In this document: positions 25,919 to 34,615 of the stretch, one piece after another
Layout: every line of letters begins with the position of its first letter
Numbering within the stretch: position 1 is the first letter of the stretch
Assembly: GCA_014859735.1 (NCBI GenBank)
Contig: JACUTR010000002.1
Coordinates: 1-43,016, forward strand
Length of the DNA: 43,016 bases
Direction of reading: 5' to 3'
From: Candidatus Methanophagales archaeon
Lineage (GTDB): Archaea > Halobacteriota > Syntropharchaeia > Alkanophagales > Methanospirareceae
Program-made: the position numbers and the translations under genes
The notes under the pieces: generated by a model
The model's input: the letters and a program-made list of their open reading frames with translations, nothing else
What the model was told of the DNA's origin: nothing
Databases searched by the model: none

Positions 25919-28900
25919 TTATCTCTTTCTACCGCCGAACAGATAGCCTGCAGAGATGAATGCGAGAATAACTATAACGGCTATAATTCCCACCAGCGGA
26001 GTTGCAGAGATAGGAAAACCTTCTTCTCCCGCTACTTCTGCCATCACTTTACCTACCTTTACTACCTCCTCCTCACCCACACCGCCCTTTCCCGCCGCGG
26101 ACAACACTTCTTCATTATACTTCATCACTGTTCCAATGCTTATCACTCCCGGGGCTGAAAGTAGGCCGGCGATATATTCACGTAACCGAGGGTTTCCGCA
26201 CGTATGATGGCAGCAGGTCACACCATGCTCCGCAACAGATTCGGCATATTCCTTAGCGAGCTCCTCAAGAACCTCTTCCGAAGGATGCCAGTATCCTTTT
26301 CTCGACACCTCGAGCATTCTCGCGGTAATTGATTGGTAAGCATAAGGATTTGCTTCAAAAAATTCCTTCAGCCCAAGATCATATTTGTCCTTAACATAGA
26401 CCTCATACGTTTCGTTCCACATCCTTTCCGTGATAAGTTCGGGCACCATTACATCCCATCCCCACTGGTGCTCGACGAATTTTGCCATCTCGCGCGCTCC
26501 TGCATACCCCTCCTCCTTCATCCCGGTGATCCACTTCGGACTGAAATATCTCGCTCGTTGCTCCCTTGTGAGATAGTTGCTCAGTGCGTCGATTTTTTCT
26601 CCTCCTGGATTCCTCTGATTGCTTATATAAAGGTCGGGTGTTTCTCCTTTTGTATTTCTTACTGCTAAAGCTAACCCGCCCAGGTATTGGAAATAATCAT
26701 CGTTGTCCATCACGCCATACAGGTTCGAGCTTTGACTATGTACTGCAACATCCACTCCTTTCAGATTCTCCTCAAATACTCCTGCATGCTGATTGCCCCA
26801 GGTAGCCTCGCCATATACGTGGCTCAATCTTTTAATGTACAGATTGGCAAGTTTTGTCTCATCTTCCCATGTGCTACTGGCAGCCACCGCGTCATCTAAG
26901 TTCGTTCCATAAGCTCCGGGCGGTTCTGAGAATATCCTTGCCTTTGAGAGATTACTTGCCGCAGATTCGTTATATCCTTCTCTTAGAAGGCTCGAATAGA
27001 TCGAAAAAGAGTTCTCGCGTGCATAGTTCCTGAATCCTTCTTCAGTTGCGTTAGAGGCAAGCGTAACCGCCTTGTCAATGAGTCTTACCTTATCCGGGAA
27101 GGTATCTCTATAAAGTCCTGACGTGGTAACTAAAACGTCTATCCTTGGTCTTCCAAGCTCCTCAGAACTGATGAGTTCGACGTCCACTACCCTGCCTCTG
27201 CTGTCCCACACCGGCTTTGCGCCCAACAAGTATAAAATCTCTGACTCGGTGATTCCCTGATGCCTCATTGTCTCGACTGACCAGAGCACGAAAGCGACTT
27301 TATTTGGATACGCCTCTTTCTTCTCCCGATGTTCGGCTATCAACTGGTCTGCAAGTTCTTTTCCGACTTCCCACGCTTCTTTTGTGGGCACGATTCGGGA
27401 ATCAAAGGAATAGAAATTGTTCCCGGTAGGAATAGCCTCCGGACTTCTAATCGGGTCATTTCCCATCTTTGGCGGGACATACCTCCCTTCCAGGCCCGCT
27501 AATATTCGGGGAATCTCAATATCGCAACCAGCGATAGCCGCGCTATAGGTTAGCCCGAGTTCAAGATCAGTGGTTATGTTCTCTGACCGTGCGCCTAAGA
27601 GTTTATACTGGGCTTCCTCAATGGGAGTATTGTTACTAATAACCTCTTCCAGGAGTTCATCGAGCATTGTTCTATTACCTTCAAGAAGGGCAACATGATC
27701 AATATCATAAACTGCCTTGACATGGTCTTCATATTCCTCTCCCAGCATTGACTTTACCATCTTAATCAGTCCTTCTCCTTCAGGAGGCTGACTCAACGTG
27801 TGCAAGCCGTACGGTATGTATTCAGAAGAGAGTTCGTGAAGATACCGGTGCACTTCTCCCCTTATCACCAACTCCTCAAACTCTTCTAACTTCGCGTCTC
27901 TTAGCTCCTCTACTGAGAAGTTAACGTCTTCATCAATTCCCATCCCGGCGCAGAGGTCCAGTATTGATTGCCGGTATTCTTCCTTAAGACGAGGTTCTGC
28001 TGTATCCATGTAAAGATGCATCTTGTGATGAAGCTCAGAGAGGTTTCCGTATAATCCCGAGCTTTCAATCGGAGGTGTCAGATGATCTACTATAACCGCA
28101 TTTCCTCTTCTCTTTGCCTGTGTCCCTTCACCAACGTTATCCATCTGATAGGGATAAATGACCGGCATGTCCTGTATCAGAAGAGCAGGCCAGCAGCTTT
28201 CTATTGATAATCCACTCTCCTTACCCGGCAGCCACTCCTGTGTTCCATGCTTTCCGAAGTGTATAATTGCATCTGCCTTGTACTCCCGGTTAAGCCAGAA
28301 GTAGAAGGCTATGTAGTGATGGTGAGGAACTAATTCTTTATCATGGTAGAGGGCTGTCTCATTCTGCAGTATCCCCCTTGTTGGTTGAGGGGCAAGTATC
28401 ACCTTCCCCAATTTTATTACCGGGAATACAAAATACTTCCCTGTCGTGTTTTCATACACCATCAAATCCCCGGGAGGATCGCCCCATTTCTCTATTACTT
28501 CCTCTCTACTCTCGTTCGGAAGCCCATTAAACCACTCCGAGTATTCACTCACCGGGAATAAGACCACCGATTCGTGCTCTGCCATACGTTTGAGTTCACC
28601 GGGAGCCCAACTGCCTATATTCCTCCCTTGACGAATCATCAAATCAATGAGCTCAGTTTCGTTAGGAACTTCTCCTTCCACCCCGTAACCTTCTTCTTTC
28701 ATCGCACCGAGAAGCATTTCCAAACTCGGTGCTATGTTCAGATAACATGCGCCAAAATTGTCTTTCCCGCCTCCATGATTGTAGTATATAACTGCTATTC
28801 TCTTCCCAGAATTACCTTTGTTCCTGAGTTCAATCCAGGAGATGGTTCTGTTTACTACCCATTTTATCTGGTCTTCTATGGGCTCGTAATATGAGTAGCC

Positions 28901-29887
28901 GGTTACCGGGTCAATTGAGTTCCCTCCTATCACTACATGCTCTATTGTCCCATCTAACTCCGGCTGAGCTATTTGCCATGGTATTCCTATCCATGGAATC
29001 CCCTGCTCACTTCTCCTCCATTCTGTTTCATTCTCGGAAGAAAGTTGTATCAAATTCATAACCGGGACATCAATCCTCTCCAAATCCTTTAACCCTTCTT
29101 CAGGAGCGTAATAACTCAGTCTAAAAGCTTTCAGGGAAAGGATGATGTCCGGTTTTGCTTCTTCAAGGAGGAAAGGACTCGCTTCTTGATACGCCGCAAC
29201 CACAGTTATTCCCCTCGCTTCAAGGGACCGGATAAGTTCGTCAACAACTTTTAAGTCACCGGTTGCATAATGCGACTTGTAAAACAGTATTCCCGCGGTA
29301 GGCATGCCGGGATCAGGCTCATACCATTCTAAATACGCATCTAAACGTTCAAAAAGCTCCTTTGCTTCCGGATGGTATATCGCATCGTCTGGCAAAACCA
29401 GTGGTGGTTTCACTTCAAGCTCCATACCGCACAAATTCGCAGCCAGATAAACCAAAAGCCTTTTCGCGTTCTCAGTTCCGCCATTTCCCCAGTATTCCTC
29501 AATCCAGGGGTGCGCACTCACATTCACATTTCCCAAATCAGTCTCTCCGGAGTGTATGGCAATTACTTTCGCCCCCGCGTCCTTTCCTTCTCGTAGCCTG
29601 CTCTCCATTTCCATTTGAGACTCCGATCCCAGCATCTCCAGGAAAATAATGTCGTGTCCCCTTAAACTCGCTGGTATTCTCGAGATTTCTTCGGCGGTGT
29701 AAACAGTAACCTTAAAACCTAACTCCTCAGCAGCATCTGTGAGCAGACCTTTATAGCCCGCATAACCCATAATGAAACAGATGTCGCATTTATTATCCTT
29801 CCCCTGGGTTGGTAAGGCGCTTTGAAAGACAGAGAGGCAGAGAAACAAGCACACGATGAAAACTGTTAACAATCTGAATATCTTCAC
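25919..29887 (-). CDS. CobN/Mg-chelatase large-subunit homologue with an N-terminal signal peptide and a C-terminal TM anchor
   Basis: 'IIHFGKHGTQEWLPGK' is the hallmark CobN/ChlH motif. The N-terminus 'MKIFRLLTVFIVCLFLCLSVFQSA' is signal-like. The C-terminus 'LVGIIAVIVILAFISAGYLFGGRKR' is a TM helix followed by a basic tail. The GTG start overlaps the upstream stop (GTGA). Confidence 0.85.
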   Translation of the reverse strand: MKIFRLLTVFIVCLFLCLSVFQSALPTQGKDNKCDICFIMGYAGYKGLLTDAAEELGFKVTVYTAEEISRIPASLRGHDIIFLEMLGSESQMEMESRLREGKDAGAKVIAIHSGETDLGNVNVSAHPWIEEYWGNGGTENAKRLLVYLAANLCGMELEVKPPLVLPDDAIYHPEAKELFERLDAYLEWYEPDPGMPTAGILFYKSHYATGDLKVVDELIRSLEARGITVVAAYQEASPFLLEEAKPDIILSLKAFRLSYYAPEEGLKDLERIDVPVMNLIQLSSENETEWRRSEQGIPWIGIPWQIAQPELDGTIEHVVIGGNSIDPVTGYSYYEPIEDQIKWVVNRTISWIELRNKGNSGKRIAVIYYNHGGGKDNFGACYLNIAPSLEMLLGAMKEEGYGVEGEVPNETELIDLMIRQGRNIGSWAPGELKRMAEHESVVLFPVSEYSEWFNGLPNESREEVIEKWGDPPGDLMVYENTTGKYFVFPVIKLGKVILAPQPTRGILQNETALYHDKELVPHHHYIAFYFWLNREYKADAIIHFGKHGTQEWLPGKESGLSIESCWPALLIQDMPVIYPYQMDNVGEGTQAKRRGNAVIVDHLTPPIESSGLYGNLSELHHKMHLYMDTAEPRLKEEYRQSILDLCAGMGIDEDVNFSVEELRDAKLEEFEELVIRGEVHRYLHELSSEYIPYGLHTLSQPPEGEGLIKMVKSMLGEEYEDHVKAVYDIDHVALLEGNRTMLDELLEEVISNNTPIEEAQYKLLGARSENITTDLELGLTYSAAIAGCDIEIPRILAGLEGRYVPPKMGNDPIRSPEAIPTGNNFYSFDSRIVPTKEAWEVGKELADQLIAEHREKKEAYPNKVAFVLWSVETMRHQGITESEILYLLGAKPVWDSRGRVVDVELISSEELGRPRIDVLVTTSGLYRDTFPDKVRLIDKAVTLASNATEEGFRNYARENSFSIYSSLLREGYNESAASNLSKARIFSEPPGAYGTNLDDAVAASSTWEDETKLANLYIKRLSHVYGEATWGNQHAGVFEENLKGVDVAVHSQSSNLYGVMDNDDYFQYLGGLALAVRNTKGETPDLYISNQRNPGGEKIDALSNYLTREQRARYFSPKWITGMKEEGYAGAREMAKFVEHQWGWDVMVPELITERMWNETYEVYVKDKYDLGLKEFFEANPYAYQSITARMLEVSRKGYWHPSEEVLEELAKEYAESVAEHGVTCCHHTCGNPRLREYIAGLLSAPGVISIGTVMKYNEEVLSAAGKGGVGEEEVVKVGKVMAEVAGEEGFPISATPLVGIIAVIVILAFISAGYLFGGRKR

Positions 29888-30246
29888 TTCTTCTCTTCCC
29901 TCTCCAATTCCACGGGAACATAAATTATCTCGCCGGTTTCCAATTTATACGCGGTTCCGAGTATCTTCCCTCTCCCTCCCGCAGTTTTGTTGGTCATTTC
30001 CAGGTGCTTTATCTCCTTCCCGTCTTTGATGATGATCTCCATATCCTCTTCGCCTGGATTCTTCACGATGGTCACCTTAGACTGCTCAGAAAGAAGCTCT
30101 GGTAGATGTGAGGAGAAAGCAAAGGCAATGAGCAATATTACTGCAAAAGCCATTGCTACATCGAATAGATTAGCTAATCCACGCATAGGGTCTTCCTCTT
30201 CTCCGATAATATCGCTATACCTCCTTCTTCGTGCCATTATCATCAC
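29884..30246 (-). CDS. ExbD/TolR-like single-pass protein (possibly DUF2149-type)
   Basis: A basic N-terminus is followed by the TM segment 'LANLFDVAMAFAVILLIAF', with an intramembrane Asp as in ExbD/TolR. A beta-rich domain of about 60 aa follows. Confidence 0.6.
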   Translation of the reverse strand: MMIMARRRRYSDIIGEEEDPMRGLANLFDVAMAFAVILLIAFAFSSHLPELLSEQSKVTIVKNPGEEDMEIIIKDGKEIKHLEMTNKTAGGRGKILGTAYKLETGEIIYVPVELEREEKK

Positions 30247-30859
30247 CTCCTAAAACTTCCACCACGTATTCCATATCACTCAAATCTTGAGAATACCATC
30301 TCCTCTTGATCGTCGCCATAACGTAGTTTAATCCTCCAATAAGCAAACCCAGGACGGTGGTGCTGAATACAACGATCAAATTGGTAGCCATTTCACTTAT
30401 GTTCCCCGACGCCAAATTCATTAACGCCGGGCCCATGGGTATCAACGTCCCCATGAGCCCCAGCATCGGTCCTACCCTGATTAATATCCGTTCCTTCTCA
30501 GTTCTCTCCCATACAGTTATCTCATACTCTTGCAGGAGCTTTTCAGCCTCCGTTTTGAAATTCCACTTTCCAATAAACCCGGAGAGGTCGTCAATAAACC
30601 TGGAAAGTAGATAACTTGAACCACTACTTCTAACGGTTTCGGACGCTTTTTCAATTTCTCCTCCCACTAAAAACTTTTTTGCCTCCCCACATCCTATTCT
30701 AAGCTTATCTAAATCGCGATTCCTGGAGATGTATTCAGAGAAGAACGCACCTATTTCTACAAATGAGTAGAGTAAAAGCACAAGCAGCCCGATTATCACC
30801 GGATACAATAGCGCTAAGGTTACTGTGTAAAGAGGAGTTAACAGTACCTCGGAGACCAT
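30215..30859 (-). CDS. MotA/TolQ/ExbB-family proton channel protein
   Basis: 'GPMLGLMGTLIPMGPAL' and 'NLIVVFSTTVLGLLIGGL' match the conserved ExbB/TolQ TM2-TM3 region. A perfect SD (AAAGGAGGTGATC) lies upstream of the ATG. Confidence 0.8.
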   Translation of the reverse strand: MVSEVLLTPLYTVTLALLYPVIIGLLVLLLYSFVEIGAFFSEYISRNRDLDKLRIGCGEAKKFLVGGEIEKASETVRSSGSSYLLSRFIDDLSGFIGKWNFKTEAEKLLQEYEITVWERTEKERILIRVGPMLGLMGTLIPMGPALMNLASGNISEMATNLIVVFSTTVLGLLIGGLNYVMATIKRRWYSQDLSDMEYVVEVLGGDDNGTKKEV

Positions 30860-31569
30860 CGGATCACCTCCTTTAACCTGTGTCTTAAGAAACCAAAGAA
30901 AAAGAAGAGAATAGCGATGAGCATGAAAAGAACCAGATTATCTGACGGCATAGAGATGCTTAATGGTGCTGCTTGCATATCACCCGCCTTAATATACGCG
31001 GGTATGAGTAAAACGGAGAGGAGATAAAAACTCCCGATAACTATCATTACGTTGCCAAGGTTAACGGGGCTTTTCTTAAACTTCCGGAAAAGCAAAGAAG
31101 TTACGGGGATTGTTATAAAAAAGATAATACCAACAGAAGCTCCTATTCCCAAACGGCTCAAGTCTGTATAAGCTGCTAAAGTAGTGCAGGAGATAAAAAT
31201 GGCAGCCAGGCAGATAGGACAGGGGATAGAAAGTAGCAGAAAAGAGCGCCTTGAGATATCCCGCCTTTTTGAATTCCATTCCTTCACCGTGTGGATCCCT
31301 GCCGCCAGCAGAGCTATGGAAAGGAGTGTAAAAAGGATAACATAAGCAGTGGTAACATCCCTGCTAAAAATCAACTGGTTAACCCTGAGTGGAACTAACA
31401 CAAGTAATTGATTAATTCCAATCGAGAGGAGAAGGTATACTCCTCCGATGTATAAAACTTCCTCCTTTTTTAAACTTGCTAATCCACACCCGATCCCTGC
31501 TTTTGCCGCGAGAAGAAAGATGCTCAAAAAAACAGCAATAAAAAGTCCTGGTATCGGATTCAAAATCAC
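30838..31569 (-). CDS. Polytopic membrane protein (about 7 TM) with an intramembrane CPxC motif, possibly the DUF2162 'predicted transporter' type
   Basis: About seven hydrophobic segments are visible. 'LLSIPCPICLAAIFISC' lies inside a TM segment. The GTG start overlaps the upstream stop (GTGA). Confidence 0.5.
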   Translation of the reverse strand: MILNPIPGLFIAVFLSIFLLAAKAGIGCGLASLKKEEVLYIGGVYLLLSIGINQLLVLVPLRVNQLIFSRDVTTAYVILFTLLSIALLAAGIHTVKEWNSKRRDISRRSFLLLSIPCPICLAAIFISCTTLAAYTDLSRLGIGASVGIIFFITIPVTSLLFRKFKKSPVNLGNVMIVIGSFYLLSVLLIPAYIKAGDMQAAPLSISMPSDNLVLFMLIAILFFFFGFLRHRLKEVIRWSPRYC

Positions 31570-32240
31570 TTACCTCCTTTGCCCCTCGCACTCAATCTAT
31601 AGCCAGAAATATCAAGGAGCCAGTTTCCGTCTTTAAATTTTTTATCCGATTGTAGTATCTCCACTCTTCTCTGAAATATCGGACCATCGAGTACAAAAGT
31701 ATGATATTCGCCATGTTCGCCGCCGGGATGAATTCCTTCTGGCAGGTCTTTGATGAAGTGCGCATCCAATTCCCTACCTAACCACTCTTCATCGAAGAAA
31801 TCGGCTTTAACTTTTATAACCAGCGCTTTGAATCCCGCATTGACAAATTCTTTCAAGACCTCCTCGGGGTCATTTCCCCATAAGGGTTCTATTGACTCCA
31901 CATCTACTTCCGAACAAACTCTATCCACCCAGTCTTTGTGTTCTTGCAGGTCAATATCGCCAAATACACCTCCCTTTACTTCTTTCTCTTTTAAAGCTGC
32001 CACTGCTTCCTTAAATTTCGCTTCGTATCCTTCCCACGAGCTCTTAACCTGGATTATGGGTATTCCTATTGCCTCAGCCTGTAAGGCGATCAAATCAGAG
32101 CTGAGCCCGTGCGCCCTTGATCTCGTTCCGTCTTCGGATATAAAATTAAGGAGATAAGAGACGTCAAAGCCCTCTGACAATGCTTTATAGCAGGCAAGGC
32201 AACTCTCCTTGCCACCACTCCAGGAAGAAAAAACCTTCAT
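31566..32240 (-). CDS. PP-loop ATP pyrophosphatase of the MJ0570 / diphthine-ammonia ligase (Dph6-like) family
   Basis: The PP-loop 'SWSGGKESCLA' and 'EHGEYHTFVLDGPIF' are typical of the Dph6 N-terminal domain. Confidence 0.65.
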   Translation of the reverse strand: MKVFSSWSGGKESCLACYKALSEGFDVSYLLNFISEDGTRSRAHGLSSDLIALQAEAIGIPIIQVKSSWEGYEAKFKEAVAALKEKEVKGGVFGDIDLQEHKDWVDRVCSEVDVESIEPLWGNDPEEVLKEFVNAGFKALVIKVKADFFDEEWLGRELDAHFIKDLPEGIHPGGEHGEYHTFVLDGPIFQRRVEILQSDKKFKDGNWLLDISGYRLSARGKGGK

Positions 32241-32427
32241 CCTCGCCTTTCACCTTATCTTTGAAGTGCCGTTTTGTCTCAAGTAGTTTTCCTTTTTGAT
32301 AATATGTATAACCCAAATGGGTAACACTGTGGGGAGTCCGAGCACTACGCGTCTTGAGAATCCATCAACAAACAGATGAGGATTCACCCGGGCGGGTTTG
32401 AAGTGAGTCCTTTGAATAAATAGGCCT

Positions 32428-33573
32428 TTACCGGGCAAAGGTTTGCTCTATTCTTTCCCCTACCTCCGTATCGAGGTAGATGTGGCTGAATACCCCTCCG
32501 GAGCTCTTTCTCAGCTCCATGTTTTCTATCAGGCTCTCGTATTTACCACCCGCTATGCCGTTCGCGATGATTGCCGCTCCCTCGGCAGCTTCCTTTACAG
32601 TGCCTCCGGTTCTTTTCAGGGTTCTTATCTCTGCGTTGATCCCGAGCTCTCCGAGATGATCCTGTAATAGGGATGTTACGTCCTGGACAAAGGGGTCTAT
32701 CCGCGCGAACCGCCCGCTCAGTAATAGCTCTTTTGGCCTCCTGACAGATGAAAGCAGGAGATACGTGTCCTTGATTATTGATTCCAGCATGGCGGTATAG
32801 GCAAGCTTCACCGGCTCGACGTCCTGTGCAATACTAACGAATTCCTCAATGGAAACTTTATGGGGGTCTATCTGAGAAATAGAGACTGCACCTCCTTTGA
32901 AGAGCATCAGCTTTGAGAAATCCGAGAGAGTGTTCGCCAGGGCGTATGCGAGCTCGCCATCCAGTGCGCCCATGCCCATATATCCTGCTCCGCCCATAGT
33001 TCCGCCGACGCCGTCCACTATTTTACCCTTCACCACCCCCAACGCAGCAGTGTAGCCGAAGCCGATCTCAAGTATGATGAATGAGGTGCCTGAGTACTCG
33101 ATATTGTATCTCTCTGCTTGATCCTTTATTCCTGAAACTGCGGTGAAGACCTTGTCTGCGGTTCCCATGTCTATCTTATTGATCTTCCGGTGTTCAGGAA
33201 CAGTGGGCAGATGGATAACTCCTGGAGAAAACCAGATATTAAGGCTTGACTTCTTCATGAGGAACATGAGCTCCCGTAAACCGACGATGTTAAGCCTCCT
33301 CTCAGCGTCTGCTTTTGTTATGAATGTCGCCGCATTGATTTCACCGTCCGTTACCTCAGAGGCTTTCACCATCGGAAGTCCATAACCGCTTGGACCGATT
33401 ATTGCATCGATATCTCTGTTTATTTCACGTATGGCATCCAAAACGATTTGAGGATCCTTTGTTACCTCAATCCGTGGTAGTGCAAGGTCTATAATTACCT
33501 CACCGGTTTCATCATCAAAACCAAAGAGATCCATACTCTTGGTTCCCGGATCCACGCCGACTGCGGTTACCAT
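32428..33573 (-). CDS. ASKHA (actin-like ATPase) fold protein, possibly DUF1464
   Basis: The N-terminal phosphate-1 motif 'AVGVDPGTKS' and a later Gly-rich 'VDGVGGTMGGAGYMGMG' are present. Confidence 0.45.
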   Translation of the reverse strand: MVTAVGVDPGTKSMDLFGFDDETGEVIIDLALPRIEVTKDPQIVLDAIREINRDIDAIIGPSGYGLPMVKASEVTDGEINAATFITKADAERRLNIVGLRELMFLMKKSSLNIWFSPGVIHLPTVPEHRKINKIDMGTADKVFTAVSGIKDQAERYNIEYSGTSFIILEIGFGYTAALGVVKGKIVDGVGGTMGGAGYMGMGALDGELAYALANTLSDFSKLMLFKGGAVSISQIDPHKVSIEEFVSIAQDVEPVKLAYTAMLESIIKDTYLLLSSVRRPKELLLSGRFARIDPFVQDVTSLLQDHLGELGINAEIRTLKRTGGTVKEAAEGAAIIANGIAGGKYESLIENMELRKSSGGVFSHIYLDTEVGERIEQTFAR

Positions 33574-33578
33574 TTTCT

Positions 33579-33622
33579 AAACCCTTACAGGGTTTTCGGG
33601 GTCAACGGGGCGGAGCCCCGTT
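33579..33622. repeat. GC-rich double-hairpin repeat, copy 3 (AAACCCTtacAGGGTTT-tcggggtc-AACGGGGCggaGCCCCGTT)
   Basis: Read directly. It fills the 28-nt junction between two operonic genes and supplies the last 7 codons and the stop of the upstream ORF. Confidence 0.85.
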
Positions 33623-34597
33623 TATCGAAGCTCCCTGGTTGTTTCCGGTAGTGTAAAAGACATCCCCTCCGCCCTGTTTCGCCAGGAAGTGCTCAAGTTT
33701 CTCAACAAGCTCTCGTGCGATCTCTCCGTTGTTCACTATACCGTAGAATGTTGGCCCCCAGCAGGATTGGCATGCCCCATATGCCCCGTTATGTAATAGT
33801 ATCTCTATCCCTGTCTCGACGACGGGATGGCAATAGGTGCAACCCCCCTGGAACTCACCCCAGAAATCACCGAGGCGGCTGTTGAATGCGGTTGTGGATT
33901 TACCAAAGGTCGTTATGTCGTGTTCTATGATGGAAGGCATGACTTGCATGAGCATTATTCGGGAGAGCCGGTCGGACATCTGCTCCGGCATCGGCTTCAG
34001 GTTATTGAGTATCTCTTCCTCATTCTCTTTTAGCTTCAGTATCGCCGGTATCGGCTCGTGTGGTATGCAGATGACAAAGAGCCAGTCCTCTGGTATCGGG
34101 TGTCTGAACAGGAGTGGCGGAACTGCCCTGCCTTTCTCATTGATCCTGTATCCGCCATCGACGATGAATCCTCCGGTTTTGAAGGAGTATAACCCGAGGG
34201 CAACGATGTCTGATCTCCCGAGAGCGAGAGCCATCTCCTCGATATTAGTAGGGAGAGCATAAAGTTCTGAGAGCGCAAGACCTATCGACAATGCAAGTGT
34301 GGTCTGAGAGCCCAAGCCGAGGTGCTTTGGGATGGTTTCCTTAATGTTAACCGTGATTCCGCCCTCAACATTGAACCTTTCCATGAATGCGCTAACATAT
34401 CGTTCTGCGCTTTCTTTCTCCTCTCCTGTGATCGTGATCCTGTCTGACCTATAAGCTTCTATGACTGTTCGTGGATAGTCTATGGTGAAGCCTGCTGTGC
34501 CGTAGAGTCTTTCAAGGTCTCCGGTTAAGTCCATGTTTCCCGCATGGAGGTGCGCGGGTGCAACAACGACTGCCCCAAGTCCACCAACAAGAGCCAT
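33602..34597 (-). CDS. GHMP-kinase-fold protein, beta-ribofuranosylaminobenzene 5'-phosphate (RFAP) synthase-like
   Basis: 'APAHLHAGNMDL' resembles the RLHFGLIDL start of the family. The GHMP motif 'IPKHLGLGSQTTLALS' is present. Confidence 0.55.
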   Translation of the reverse strand: MALVGGLGAVVVAPAHLHAGNMDLTGDLERLYGTAGFTIDYPRTVIEAYRSDRITITGEEKESAERYVSAFMERFNVEGGITVNIKETIPKHLGLGSQTTLALSIGLALSELYALPTNIEEMALALGRSDIVALGLYSFKTGGFIVDGGYRINEKGRAVPPLLFRHPIPEDWLFVICIPHEPIPAILKLKENEEEILNNLKPMPEQMSDRLSRIMLMQVMPSIIEHDITTFGKSTTAFNSRLGDFWGEFQGGCTYCHPVVETGIEILLHNGAYGACQSCWGPTFYGIVNNGEIARELVEKLEHFLAKQGGGDVFYTTGNNQGASINGAPPR

Positions 34598-34615
34598 TTC
34601 TTACCTAGTACCTCC

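Noticed and set aside
32290-32310. TTATCAAAAA 10-mer shared with the 31-nt palindromic motif
   Set aside because: It is a short AT-rich match without the palindromic core, so it could easily occur by chance in AT-rich intergenic DNA.
32250-32438. 62-aa minus-strand ORF in the gap between the ASKHA-fold gene and the PP-loop gene
   Set aside because: It overlaps the end of the upstream gene, has no RBS and no recognisable motif. The gap more likely holds the promoter of the PP-loop-to-cobN operon.
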